Of a stretch of DNA of 64,000 nt, positions 20,137-29,211 are shown piece by piece (position 1 is the stretch's first letter; each line of letters opens with the position of its first letter). A model generated the notes under the pieces. It saw nothing but the letters and a program-made list of their open reading frames with translations. It was not told the DNA's origin and made no database searches. Location of the stretch: NCBI GenBank assembly GCA_050250935.1, contig JBFWNS010000001.1, forward strand, positions 480,001-544,000. The letters run 5' to 3'. The translations under genes were made by a program, and so were the position numbers. The stretch comes from Candidatus Margulisiibacteriota bacterium. GTDB lineage: Bacteria > Margulisbacteria > Marinamargulisbacteria > JBFWNS01.

Positions 20137-21316
20137 GGTTCCTGCCTTTGGCTTGGCCTGTTTGCGCTGGGCTTTTTTGGGACTTTTAGCGGGTTATGGG
20201 TTATTGGCGTGGGTGTCTGGGGGCTATCAGGCGTATTTAAGTCCTATTCACTTTCCCATGTGGATGGCGCTTCCGTTGTCTCGTGGGGGACTGGTTGGAT
20301 TAACCAGTTTAATGGTTCTTGGCCTTTTGGGCATGGTTTTTGGCCGTACCTACAAAGTTGGTGTGATGCTTGTTTTATTGGCGTGGACCTATTTGGGGTT
20401 GGTTGAAAAAACCCTTTACACCCATTTTCACTATTTGGTGGTTGTGGTTTTGACTTTATTTTTGTTAACCGATTTTCCGGTTTTACGCGGTCAAATTCCT
20501 GCATGGCAGCGGTTTGCTTGGCGGGTATTGGCGCTGCTTGTTTTTTTCTATTCTACCGTTCCTTTGCTTCAGCAAAGTTGGCTGTTGGGCACACCCTTGC
20601 GCATGATTTTATTCCCGATCCAGCACCATGGTTTTTTCCATGCATTGGCCCTTGGGATTGGGCCTCAACTGCTGGCCATTGGCCAGGTTGTTCTGGGGCT
20701 TTTTGGGGTTGCTTTTTTGGTGTGGCCCAAAACCCGGAAATGGGGTGTAATTTTATTATTGGCCCAGTGGTTGATGGATGTTGGGCTGCTGTTTTCGCCG
20801 TTAACACGGCAGTCGATGGGGCTATTGTTTGGGTTAAAGCCCTTGTTGTTGTTGGTTTTTTTGGAACAAGAAACCGCCCAAAGGGTTCTTGAGCGGATAA
20901 AAGGGTGTTGGAAGCCTTTGACAGAGGTTAAAACCCCAGTGGTTTTTGGGGTGGTGATGGTTTGTTTTGGCTTGGTTATTCAGGGCATGGGGCTGTTTTT
21001 ACAAGAGCCCTTGGCCAATTTGTGGCAACCCCGCCTAAGAACCCCTGTTCCCATGAGTTTTCTGTTAAGAAATCCCCAAACGGGGGCCTATTCCCGCCTT
21101 GGGCTAGAGGCGAATGCTTATCAACAAAGCGTGATTAGCGCCAACCCTGTGTTTGGACTGGCCTATGGCAAATTTATTCAAAAAACCTTGGCGCATGAAC
21201 ACTATTTCCCAGAAATTTATGCGGATTCTCCCCTGATGAAGCCAACCCTTAATTTAAGTCTTGTTACCGTGTCTATTTGGAGTTCCCCATGGATTTACCC
21301 TTCATTAAATCGTTAA
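20120..21316 (+). CDS. HTTM-domain / vitamin-K-dependent gamma-carboxylase-like membrane protein (degenerate)
   Basis: Multi-TM; YLGLVEKTLYTHFHYL and IPAWQ..VFFYSTVPLLQQSWL align by eye with the HTTM core; ATG 20120 overlaps the upstream gene. Confidence 0.65.
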   Translation: MPLNIKVPAFGLACLRWAFLGLLAGYGLLAWVSGGYQAYLSPIHFPMWMALPLSRGGLVGLTSLMVLGLLGMVFGRTYKVGVMLVLLAWTYLGLVEKTLYTHFHYLVVVVLTLFLLTDFPVLRGQIPAWQRFAWRVLALLVFFYSTVPLLQQSWLLGTPLRMILFPIQHHGFFHALALGIGPQLLAIGQVVLGLFGVAFLVWPKTRKWGVILLLAQWLMDVGLLFSPLTRQSMGLLFGLKPLLLLVFLEQETAQRVLERIKGCWKPLTEVKTPVVFGVVMVCFGLVIQGMGLFLQEPLANLWQPRLRTPVPMSFLLRNPQTGAYSRLGLEANAYQQSVISANPVFGLAYGKFIQKTLAHEHYFPEIYADSPLMKPTLNLSLVTVSIWSSPWIYPSLNR

Positions 21317-22383
21317 GTCGCTGTTGGGGTTGGTTTAAATCCCCTTGGGAGGCACAGGCCTGCTTTCGATGGGGGTTTTTGGGGGTTGTGGTTTGGCAAA
21401 TGGCCAGCTTTTTTTATTTGGATACCTTGCATGGGTTGTATTTAAACCAAGTCTTCCATTTGGCCTTGGGTGGCTTTAACTGGTTTTCGGATCCGATGTG
21501 GTTGTTTTTGTTTATCCTGGCTTTGGCAGGTGGGGTCTTGGGGGTTTTGGGGCGATATCCCCGGCTGGGGCTCTGGCTGTTTGTAGGGGCCTATGGCGCC
21601 ATTTTGGCGGGGGATGTGTTGTACTATACGCCTGGGCGAGGCTTGCTTTGGATAACGGGGTTTTGGTTGGCAGTTTTTTCTTTGTATCCCAGTCAAAATT
21701 GGCAAAGGCTGTGGCTGTTTGGGCAATGGTGTTTTGCCCAGGGGTGGTTGATGGCCGTGGTTGGCCCCACACAATTGTTTTTTAAGATGGTACCACTGTG
21801 GAGTTGGGGGTTTTTGCTCTTGGTTATGCCCGCTTCGTTTTGGGATTTTGGAAGACAGGTGATGTGCAGGCTTAGGGATCAAAAAGGGAAGGATCGTTCT
21901 GTAAGGCCTTTTCAATTCCTCCATGTGGCGGTGGTGCTGGTGTTTGTGGCTATACAATGTGTCTTGCCGCTTCGGCAAATCTGGCTTCGGGGAGATGTAA
22001 ATTGGACCGGAGAAGGGGACTATTTTTCTTGGCGGCCTTTTTTGTCGGTTAAACAAGGCGAAATTGTGTTTACCGTTATTAATGCGAAAACAGGGGAATA
22101 CGAGAAGCCCAAGTTGGATACCGCATTAACGGAAGCCCAACGATTTGCACTCAAAACCCAGCCCGATGTGGTTTGGCAAATGGCCCAGATGCTGCAGAAA
22201 AAATATCAGCAAAAAGGGTGGAAGCCGGTGGTAACAGTGACCCATCTTTTGTCTTTAAATGGACAGCCCTTGGGAACGGTTATTGATCCCACCTATAGCT
22301 TGGGTGAAGTTCCCTATTCTTGGGTGCGGCACAACCCTTGGATTTTGGATCAAAACACCTTCTCTGCCCCCCTTAAATTATAA
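21289..22383 (+). CDS. HTTM-domain / vitamin-K-dependent gamma-carboxylase-like membrane protein
   Basis: LPLRQ..GDVNWTGEGDYFSWR, TQPDVVWQMAQ, SLNGQP..IDP, HNPWIL, typical of the VKG carboxylase C-terminal domain. Confidence 0.8.
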   Translation: MDLPFIKSLSRCWGWFKSPWEAQACFRWGFLGVVVWQMASFFYLDTLHGLYLNQVFHLALGGFNWFSDPMWLFLFILALAGGVLGVLGRYPRLGLWLFVGAYGAILAGDVLYYTPGRGLLWITGFWLAVFSLYPSQNWQRLWLFGQWCFAQGWLMAVVGPTQLFFKMVPLWSWGFLLLVMPASFWDFGRQVMCRLRDQKGKDRSVRPFQFLHVAVVLVFVAIQCVLPLRQIWLRGDVNWTGEGDYFSWRPFLSVKQGEIVFTVINAKTGEYEKPKLDTALTEAQRFALKTQPDVVWQMAQMLQKKYQQKGWKPVVTVTHLLSLNGQPLGTVIDPTYSLGEVPYSWVRHNPWILDQNTFSAPLKL

Positions 22384-24480
22384 TTTTTTTTCGTAAAGCA
22401 GGCGGTACATCCAATAGCTTTTGAGTACCCGGGTGACGTAGTAATGGGTTTCTGAATAGGGGATGTTGGCCACAAAGGTGTCGATGTCTTCGTTTTGGGA
22501 CACGCTGGTCTCGGCCCATTTTTTGGTGATGTTGGGCCCGGCATTGTAGCCCGAGAGCATGTAAAACATGTTCCCGTCGAATCGTTTCTTAAGATAGGAC
22601 AAATAGAAAGTACCAAACCGAATGTTTACTTCGGGTCTGTACATCATGTCGTTGCCTTCCCAATTGGCGCTGACATTTTTGGCGATGCCCATGGCGGTTG
22701 ACGGCATGATTTGCATGAGTCCCAAGGCGCCGCTTCTGGATTTTGCGGTGGGTTTGAAGGAACTTTCCTCCCGCATTACCGCCAAGACAAAATAGGGATC
22801 GACCCCAAATTCTGCGGCGCTGCGTTGAACATCCTCCCAATAGGCTTTGGGATAGAGCAATTCGGCAATTTCTCGGCCAATGGAATTGCTGTTGGGGTCC
22901 AGGTTAAAGCCTCGACTCAACAGTACAGTAATGGCATTGGTGTAGTCGCCCATCTTGGCGTAGACGTAGGCCAGGGTATAAATCAGGGTTCTGGGTCGCC
23001 CAGAAGACACGGATAGTTTGTTTTGTAGCTCGTCGATGGCAAATTCCCCCAGGCCCATTTCAGTTAAAACAACATATTTGTCGATGGGCTTGAGCTGGGT
23101 CAGCTGAAACTTATCGGCTATTTGGTCGATTTGCTCTGGAAAATAGGTTTGTAAAACCCGAAACGAATAATAGGTTAGGGGATAGGCGTTTGCGCATTGT
23201 TTGAAAATTTCCAGGGCGGTTGCTTTGTTTTTTTCGCCGGTGAGTCGGGCCTGCCAAAACAGCAATTTGGATTTTAGGGCCGAATCGCCCGAGGCGGCTT
23301 GGGTGTTGAAGATGCTTTGGGCTTGATCGGAACGCCCGCCCTTGAAGGCTGTCCAGCCCATCTCCCAAACCAACTTGTTCACATTGGGGTCGTGGGGGTG
23401 TTGGGTTCTAAAAGTGGTGAAATAATCGTCGAATTCGGCTTGTTGATTCAAGGCCAACATGACCCAATAAAGGTTGTAATAGGCCCCGGAAATAAATTCT
23501 GAAGAAGGATTTTTGGAAATCAGGTTCAGATAATAATACTTGGCTTTGTCGAAGTCTTTTTTGCCTTGATAGGTTTTGGCCATGTAGTAGGTGGCTTTGG
23601 TGCTCCAGGTTGTGCTGGGGAAGGTTTTGATCACATATTGAAATGTTTCGATGGCCTCGTCGGCTTTGAAGAGCAGATAGGAACTCATGGCCTTGTGGGT
23701 CATTAATTCGGCGTTATTGCGAAGGTCTGGATAGCGCAGCAACAGCCACTGGGCTTGGGCTAGGGCGTCGTCGTAATCGCCTGCCGAATAAAGCGCTTGA
23801 AAATACCGGAAGGACTCGGACTTCGTGGTGAAAAAGGCATTGGCCGAGACGGGTTCTTCAGCAAGGGTGTTGCGTTGGTTCAGCAAGGATTTGTTGCTGT
23901 CGTAAAGCGGGAATTCCAGAGCCAGATTTTTGTAGTAGGTGTCGGTGGTTTGAAGGTCGCCAAGGGCAATGCTGGACCGAATGAGTTTGGCATAGAGGGT
24001 GGGTTTTAGGGCCGGATTGTCTTGGCTGCCCAACAGCTCTTGATAGAGTTTTCTGGCGGCTGCCCAGTTGTCTTGTTTGGCGTAGGTATCGGCCAGATTT
24101 AGGACCACGTTGGCATAGAATTTGCTTCTGGGAAATAACTGGCGCAGTTGTTTGAGGGTTTCGGAGGTTTTATTGGGGTCTTCATGCAGCAATAGCTCGA
24201 GCCGCAAAAAGGTTAGATAGACCCCAAAGGGTTTTTCGCTTAAATGAACCTGATCCAAGGCTGCTTTGGCCTCGGAAAAGTTGTTTTGCTTTAGTAAAAT
24301 AAGAGCTTGGAGCAGGTTTTTTTGGTTGGCGTCTTCCGAGGATTGGGCCAATTGTTCGAGTGCAGGGGTATACCGTCCGGCATAGTAGTGGGTTAGGGCT
24401 TTTTCAAAAAAGGGATCGGCAAAGATGGGGTAAACCAGTGCCCAACACAAGACCAGTGCGACGATTAAAATCCGTTTCAT
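22378..24480 (-). CDS. TPR-containing soluble lytic transglycosylase (Slt-like)
   Basis: Signal peptide, TPR helices, AVMREESSF, GALGLMQIMPST, YNAGP, IPYSET. Confidence 0.92.
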   Translation of the reverse strand: MKRILIVALVLCWALVYPIFADPFFEKALTHYYAGRYTPALEQLAQSSEDANQKNLLQALILLKQNNFSEAKAALDQVHLSEKPFGVYLTFLRLELLLHEDPNKTSETLKQLRQLFPRSKFYANVVLNLADTYAKQDNWAAARKLYQELLGSQDNPALKPTLYAKLIRSSIALGDLQTTDTYYKNLALEFPLYDSNKSLLNQRNTLAEEPVSANAFFTTKSESFRYFQALYSAGDYDDALAQAQWLLLRYPDLRNNAELMTHKAMSSYLLFKADEAIETFQYVIKTFPSTTWSTKATYYMAKTYQGKKDFDKAKYYYLNLISKNPSSEFISGAYYNLYWVMLALNQQAEFDDYFTTFRTQHPHDPNVNKLVWEMGWTAFKGGRSDQAQSIFNTQAASGDSALKSKLLFWQARLTGEKNKATALEIFKQCANAYPLTYYSFRVLQTYFPEQIDQIADKFQLTQLKPIDKYVVLTEMGLGEFAIDELQNKLSVSSGRPRTLIYTLAYVYAKMGDYTNAITVLLSRGFNLDPNSNSIGREIAELLYPKAYWEDVQRSAAEFGVDPYFVLAVMREESSFKPTAKSRSGALGLMQIMPSTAMGIAKNVSANWEGNDMMYRPEVNIRFGTFYLSYLKKRFDGNMFYMLSGYNAGPNITKKWAETSVSQNEDIDTFVANIPYSETHYYVTRVLKSYWMYRLLYEKKL

Positions 24481-24590
24481 TCTACTCAGTTTACCAAAGA
24501 AGCCAGAACTCCCATACCCTCGGGTTTCGGTTTGATCTTTAGGCAGTCCAATGGTAAGGTGGTTTCCCCCTTTTGAAGCGAAGTTTATCT

Positions 24591-24756
24591 TGTGGAAAAA
24601 GCTGTGGATAAATTGGGAGTAACTGGGTATCCTTTGGGGGTGCTCTTGTGGATAAGTCGTTTTTTTAGCCTTAACAGATCAACGGTTTTGGTTGGAAGGC
24701 GGGATTTGTAAAGTTTGTGGATAACCTGTGTATAAATTGAATAGAATTGGGGATAA
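24591..24756. promoter_or_regulatory. DnaA-box cluster upstream of dnaA
   Basis: tgtggataa at 24603, 24647 and 24716; tgtgtataa 24727; tgtggaaaa 24591; tggggataa 24748. Confidence 0.88.
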
Positions 24757-24761
24757 GTTGC

Positions 24762-26108
24762 GTGCCTGAATTGGAAGCTGTGTGGACAAAAATTAATACC
24801 TTTTTAAAAGAGGCCTTGTCGGTTCCGGGCTATCAAACCTTTTTGTCGTCGGCCAAGCCCTTGTCCTACGAGGATCAGGTGTTGTCTTTGGAAGTGCCCA
24901 ATACGTTTTCCAGGGCGTGGGTAAAGGAAAAATGCGAGCCGATTTTGCATCCTTTGTTGGAAGGGACGATGTATTATCCTTTGGTGTTTCGCTATGTGGT
25001 TCGGGAGGAAAAGCTTGAAACCGAGCAGTTGTCTATTTTTTCTGAGGCCAAAGAAGCCGAGGAAAAGCCAACTTTAACCCCCCATGGCTTTAACGCAAAA
25101 TACAGTTTCGAGCATTTTATTGTGGGGCACAACAACCGGTTTGCCCATGCGGCATCCGAAGCGGTGTCGAAAGCCCCAGCCAAGGCCTATAACCCGTTGT
25201 TTATTTATGGGTCCGTGGGATTGGGGAAAACCCATTTGCTGCATGCCATTGGGCTTAAAATTGCCGAAAAATTCCCAAAATCCAAAATCAAATTGTTGTC
25301 GTCCGAGGCCTTTACCAACGATTTGATCAACGCCATCAAAGACAAAAAAATGGAAGAGTTTCGGAAGCGCTACCGCAGTTTGGATGTGTTGTTGGTGGAC
25401 GATATTCAGTTTTTGGCCGGCAAAGAGCAGACCCAAGAAGAGTTTTTTCATACCTTTAACGAACTACACAGCCGAAACAAACAAATCGTGATTACCTCGG
25501 ACCGCCCGCCCAAAGAAATTCCAACCTTGGAAATTCGGTTGCGAACCCGATTCGAATGGGGTTTGATTGCCGATATTCAGCCGCCGGAATTCGAGACCCG
25601 AATTGCCATTTTACGCAAGAAAATCGAGATGAATCAGTTGGAGATTTCCGACGAAATCGCCCATTTTATTGCCACCCAAATTCCCACCAACGTCCGCGAA
25701 ATGGAAGGGGCCCTGACCCGAATTGCAGCGTATGCCGCCTTGTTGAATACCGAGGTAACCTTGTCCATGGCCAGCAACGTGATCCGGGATATGGTAGGGA
25801 TTAAACAAGAAAAACCTTTAACCATTGCGTTTATCAAGCGCAAGGTCTGCGACTATTTCAACATTACCAGTTCGGATTTAAACAGCAAAAACAGAACCAA
25901 AGAAGCGGCCTATTCCCGCCAAATTGCCATGTACTTGGCCCGGGAACTGACCAATGTTTCCTTGCCCAAAATTGGCGAAAACTTTGGCAACCGGGACCAC
26001 ACCACGGTGATGCATGCCTGCGATAAAATCAAAAGCCTTCTGGTTCATGATGCCGAAACCAAAAGCATTGTGAATGTCTTGATTTCGAATATTCGAAACG
26101 ACGAATAG
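24762..26108 (+). CDS. dnaA: Chromosomal replication initiator
   Basis: [42 protein letters not shown] 24762 is the probable start. Confidence 0.98.
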   Translation: MPELEAVWTKINTFLKEALSVPGYQTFLSSAKPLSYEDQVLSLEVPNTFSRAWVKEKCEPILHPLLEGTMYYPLVFRYVVREEKLETEQLSIFSEAKEAEEKPTLTPHGFNAKYSFEHFIVGHNNRFAHAASEAVSKAPAKAYNPLFIYGSVGLGKTHLLHAIGLKIAEKFPKSKIKLLSSEAFTNDLINAIKDKKMEEFRKRYRSLDVLLVDDIQFLAGKEQTQEEFFHTFNELHSRNKQIVITSDRPPKEIPTLEIRLRTRFEWGLIADIQPPEFETRIAILRKKIEMNQLEISDEIAHFIATQIPTNVREMEGALTRIAAYAALLNTEVTLSMASNVIRDMVGIKQEKPLTIAFIKRKVCDYFNITSSDLNSKNRTKEAAYSRQIAMYLARELTNVSLPKIGENFGNRDHTTVMHACDKIKSLLVHDAETKSIVNVLISNIRNDE

Positions 26109-26110
26109 CG

Positions 26111-26707
26111 CTAGAGACCCAATCCTTTAAGAATATCTTCAAACACAGCCTGTGGGGTTTGGTTGCCGTTTACCAGCACAAACCGCTCGGCTTCGCGACT
26201 TGCCACGTCCAAATAGGCTTGGCGGACCCGGCGATGGAAGTCTAGGGCTTCCTGTTCGAAGCGGTCTAAAAGTGCCCGTTGTTTGGCCCGTTGAATGCCA
26301 TCTTCGGCAGGTAGGTCGAGCAAGATGGTTTTGTTGGGTTTGAAGACGAATCCGGCATCGATGGCGTGAATCCATTCGGCCGACAATCCCCGCCCCCCGA
26401 CCTGATAAGCATAGGTCGAGTCGCAGTAGCGGTCGCAGAGGACCACAGAGCCAGCTTCCAGTGCCGGTTTGACCACGGTTTGGAGGTGTTCAAACCGGTC
26501 GGCCAAAAACAAAAGCACTTCGGTGTTGGGGTGTTTAAACTGTACTTGGGGGTTCAAAATCATTTCCCGAAGCAGCTTGCCCATGGGGGTTCCACCCGGT
26601 TCTTTGGTGGTGACCACGGTTTTGCCCAGGGTTTCGAAATGGTGTTTTAAATAGTGAATCTGGGTGGTTTTGCCAGATCCTTCGATGCCTTCAAAGGTGA
26701 TAAACAT
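26111..26707 (-). CDS. tmk: Thymidylate kinase
   Basis: FITFEGIEGSGKTTQ, KEPGGT, CDRY. Confidence 0.95.
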   Translation of the reverse strand: MFITFEGIEGSGKTTQIHYLKHHFETLGKTVVTTKEPGGTPMGKLLREMILNPQVQFKHPNTEVLLFLADRFEHLQTVVKPALEAGSVVLCDRYCDSTYAYQVGGRGLSAEWIHAIDAGFVFKPNKTILLDLPAEDGIQRAKQRALLDRFEQEALDFHRRVRQAYLDVASREAERFVLVNGNQTPQAVFEDILKGLGL

Positions 26708-26712
26708 GGTTT

Positions 26713-28236
26713 TTAGCTCAATTTGGGGTAGATTCGCACCCGACGATTGGGTTCTTCGCCGATGCTCAGCGAGGTAAGGCCTTGTTTTTCAACTGCCTGA
26801 TGCTGGCGGCGACGCAGAAAAATGCCACGGGGGGCCAGATCGACGATGCGTTTTTGCGAAAGCACCAGTTTACAGGCATTTGCGACCTCCGTTAAGGCCT
26901 CGGTTTCGATGTCGTGGTCGGTATCGGAGAGTCCCAAATGGGTTTTGAGAAATTTGGTGATTTGATTTTCGGAGCTGTCTTTGAGGATGTGCAAAGGTAT
27001 GTTTCGGCCTTTCATGAGGGCCGAGAGTTTGGCGGGACGTTTGACATCGGTTTTAACGGTTAAAACCATATCGGCCTCGCCAATGGTTTGGGCCAACATG
27101 ATGGGGGCTTCCACGCTGTTGGCACAGGCCATGAGTCGGTTTTTGGGAAGGCCAAAGGGAAAAATTTTAAGCCAGGTGTGGGTGGGGGAGGGCAAAAAAT
27201 CGGTTCCGGTTTCGATGGGGGCAGAAGCAGGCAGAATGGGTTCTTCGGGCAGGGTATCCACAAAGCCCGAATCGGTTTGGGTGCGCAATTGGGGTGACAC
27301 CTGTTCGTGGCGAAGGTAGCGGTCCACGGCCGCAGCCACATCTTTGAAAATGGCAATGGTGGTGCGGGTTCGAAGCTCGATTAAGACATCGAAGGTTGGC
27401 AGGGATTTTCGCTCGAGTACGGTTTTTTGGGTGCCGCGAAATTTGGCTTCTTCGTCGCCCAAAATAACACTTTGAATGCCGCCTACCAAATCGGTGAGGG
27501 TGGGGTTTTTGAGGAGGTTTTCTAGTGTATGGCCATGGGCTGTGGCGATCAGTTGGACGCCCCGTTCGGCGATGGTTCTGGCGGCCAGGGCTTCGGCTTC
27601 GGTGCCGATTTCGTCGACGATAATCACTTCGGGCATGTGGTTTTCCACGGCTTCGATCATGATGGCGTGTTGGCGGTCTGGGGCTGGCACTTGCATGCGG
27701 CGGGCCGATCCAATAGCCGGGTGGGGAATGTCGCCATCGCCGCCAATTTCGTTCGAGGTATCCACCACAATGCAGCGTTTGGACAGGGTATCCGACAGCA
27801 ATCGGGCTGCTTCGCGCAGTTTCGTGGTTTTGCCAATGCCTGGGGGACCCACAAACAGAATGTTGGCCGTGCTTTCGATCAGATCTTTAATGCCATCAAT
27901 GGTGCCCACGATGGCCCGTCCCACCCGGCAGGTCAGGCCAATAACCACCCCTTGGCGATTGCGAATGGCCGAGATGCGGTGCAAGGTCCCTTCGAGCCCG
28001 GCGCGGTTATCGCTGGTAAAGGGGCTCAGGTTTTGGGTGACGGCTTCGATCTCCTTCAAGCCAACCTTGGGCAGATGGTCGAGGCGAACCGTGGTGGCGG
28101 CCAATCGAATTTCTGGGCAATAGCCCAGGTCTAGAATCACTTCTTGTAAGGTGTCCAGATCGGGTCTGGCTGTTAACGCTTTGGCCACCGCTGGGGGTAG
28201 CACTTGGATCAAACTCAATAATTCTTCAGAAATCAT
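26713..28236 (-). CDS. Ycf45/SpoIIIAA-like AAA ATPase with R3H-like C-terminus
   Basis: TLHRIS, GPPGIGKTTKLRE, DTSNEIGGDGD, EAVENHMPE, RRRQH..EPNRRV. Confidence 0.88.
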   Translation of the reverse strand: MISEELLSLIQVLPPAVAKALTARPDLDTLQEVILDLGYCPEIRLAATTVRLDHLPKVGLKEIEAVTQNLSPFTSDNRAGLEGTLHRISAIRNRQGVVIGLTCRVGRAIVGTIDGIKDLIESTANILFVGPPGIGKTTKLREAARLLSDTLSKRCIVVDTSNEIGGDGDIPHPAIGSARRMQVPAPDRQHAIMIEAVENHMPEVIIVDEIGTEAEALAARTIAERGVQLIATAHGHTLENLLKNPTLTDLVGGIQSVILGDEEAKFRGTQKTVLERKSLPTFDVLIELRTRTTIAIFKDVAAAVDRYLRHEQVSPQLRTQTDSGFVDTLPEEPILPASAPIETGTDFLPSPTHTWLKIFPFGLPKNRLMACANSVEAPIMLAQTIGEADMVLTVKTDVKRPAKLSALMKGRNIPLHILKDSSENQITKFLKTHLGLSDTDHDIETEALTEVANACKLVLSQKRIVDLAPRGIFLRRRQHQAVEKQGLTSLSIGEEPNRRVRIYPKLS

Positions 28237-28826
28237 AGACGGGTGCGTCCCATAAAGGCTTTTTGTAGGGTCATTTCGTCGGCATAGTCCAGATCGCCAC
28301 CCACAGGCAGGCCATAGGCCAGTTGGGAAATGGGCAGGTTATAGGGTTTAAGTAAGGCACTTAAATACAACACCGTGGCCTCGCCTTCGATGGTGGAGTT
28401 GATGGCCAAAATGATTTCTTTGGGCGGGGCTTCCCGAAGTCTTAAGAGCAATTCTTCGATTCGAAGGGTTTCGGGATGGATGCCGTCGATGGGGGAAATC
28501 AGTCCACCCAAAACGTGGTATAGGCCTTTGTGGGTTCCGGTGCGTTCCAAAGCAAAGATGTCTTTGGGATCGGCGACAATACACAGGCTTTGTTCGTCGC
28601 GTTTGGGGTCGGAACAGACGTGGCACACGGGGTTTAAGGAAATGTTAAAACAGGTTTGGCAATATCGAATGGCTTGCCGGGTGTCCACCATGGTTCTGGC
28701 CATGGTCGAGACCGTTTCTTTGGGCAGAGAAATTAAAAAAAAAGCCAGGCGTTGAGCCGATTTTGGCCCAATGCCTGGCAATTTTGCGAGTTGCTCTGTC
28801 AGACCAGCAAGGGGATTTTCGAGCAG
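28233..28826 (-). CDS. recR: Recombination mediator RecR (probable CTG start)
   Basis: KLPGIGPKSAQRLAF, Cys4 finger, YHVLGG, Toprim domain; frame extends 15 codons upstream of TTG 28781 to a CTG. Confidence 0.93.
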   Translation of the reverse strand: MLENPLAGLTEQLAKLPGIGPKSAQRLAFFLISLPKETVSTMARTMVDTRQAIRYCQTCFNISLNPVCHVCSDPKRDEQSLCIVADPKDIFALERTGTHKGLYHVLGGLISPIDGIHPETLRIEELLLRLREAPPKEIILAINSTIEGEATVLYLSALLKPYNLPISQLAYGLPVGGDLDYADEMTLQKAFMGRTRL

Positions 28827-28830
28827 AAAC

Positions 28831-29148
28831 TTACCCCAAACCAGGCAAGTTCAAGCCGTCCGAAACCACAGAGAGTTTAGACGCTGCGATGTCTTTGGCT
28901 TTTTTGGTGGCATCGTTAAAGGCTTTGATGAGCCCTTTGGAAAGTTTAGCAGGGTCGTTGGCCACCGATGGGTCGATGGTAATGCGCAGGGCTTCCATTT
29001 CGCCGTTTAAGACCACATCGACTTTGCCATCCAAGGCTTGGGCTGAAACTTCGATTTTTTTCAGCTCCTCTTGGATTTTTTTCATTTTGTCTTTCATTTC
29101 TTTGGCTTGCTTCAGCAGCTTGCCCATGTCTTTTAGACCTTCAAACAT
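28831..29148 (-). CDS. ybaB: YbaB/EbfC nucleoid-associated protein
   Basis: LLKQAKEMK..QEEL, lies between dnaX and recR. Confidence 0.9.
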   Translation of the reverse strand: MFEGLKDMGKLLKQAKEMKDKMKKIQEELKKIEVSAQALDGKVDVVLNGEMEALRITIDPSVANDPAKLSKGLIKAFNDATKKAKDIAASKLSVVSDGLNLPGLG

Positions 29149-29211
29149 TGGTGTGATTCCTTTCAGTTAAACTGGAAAATAGCAAAGTTTCGAACCCCAC
29201 AACGATAGCAC

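Noticed and set aside
17523..22383. Diversity-generating retroelement or invertible shufflon acting on the fibre tips
   Set aside because: No reverse transcriptase or invertase, and no near-identical template repeat seen
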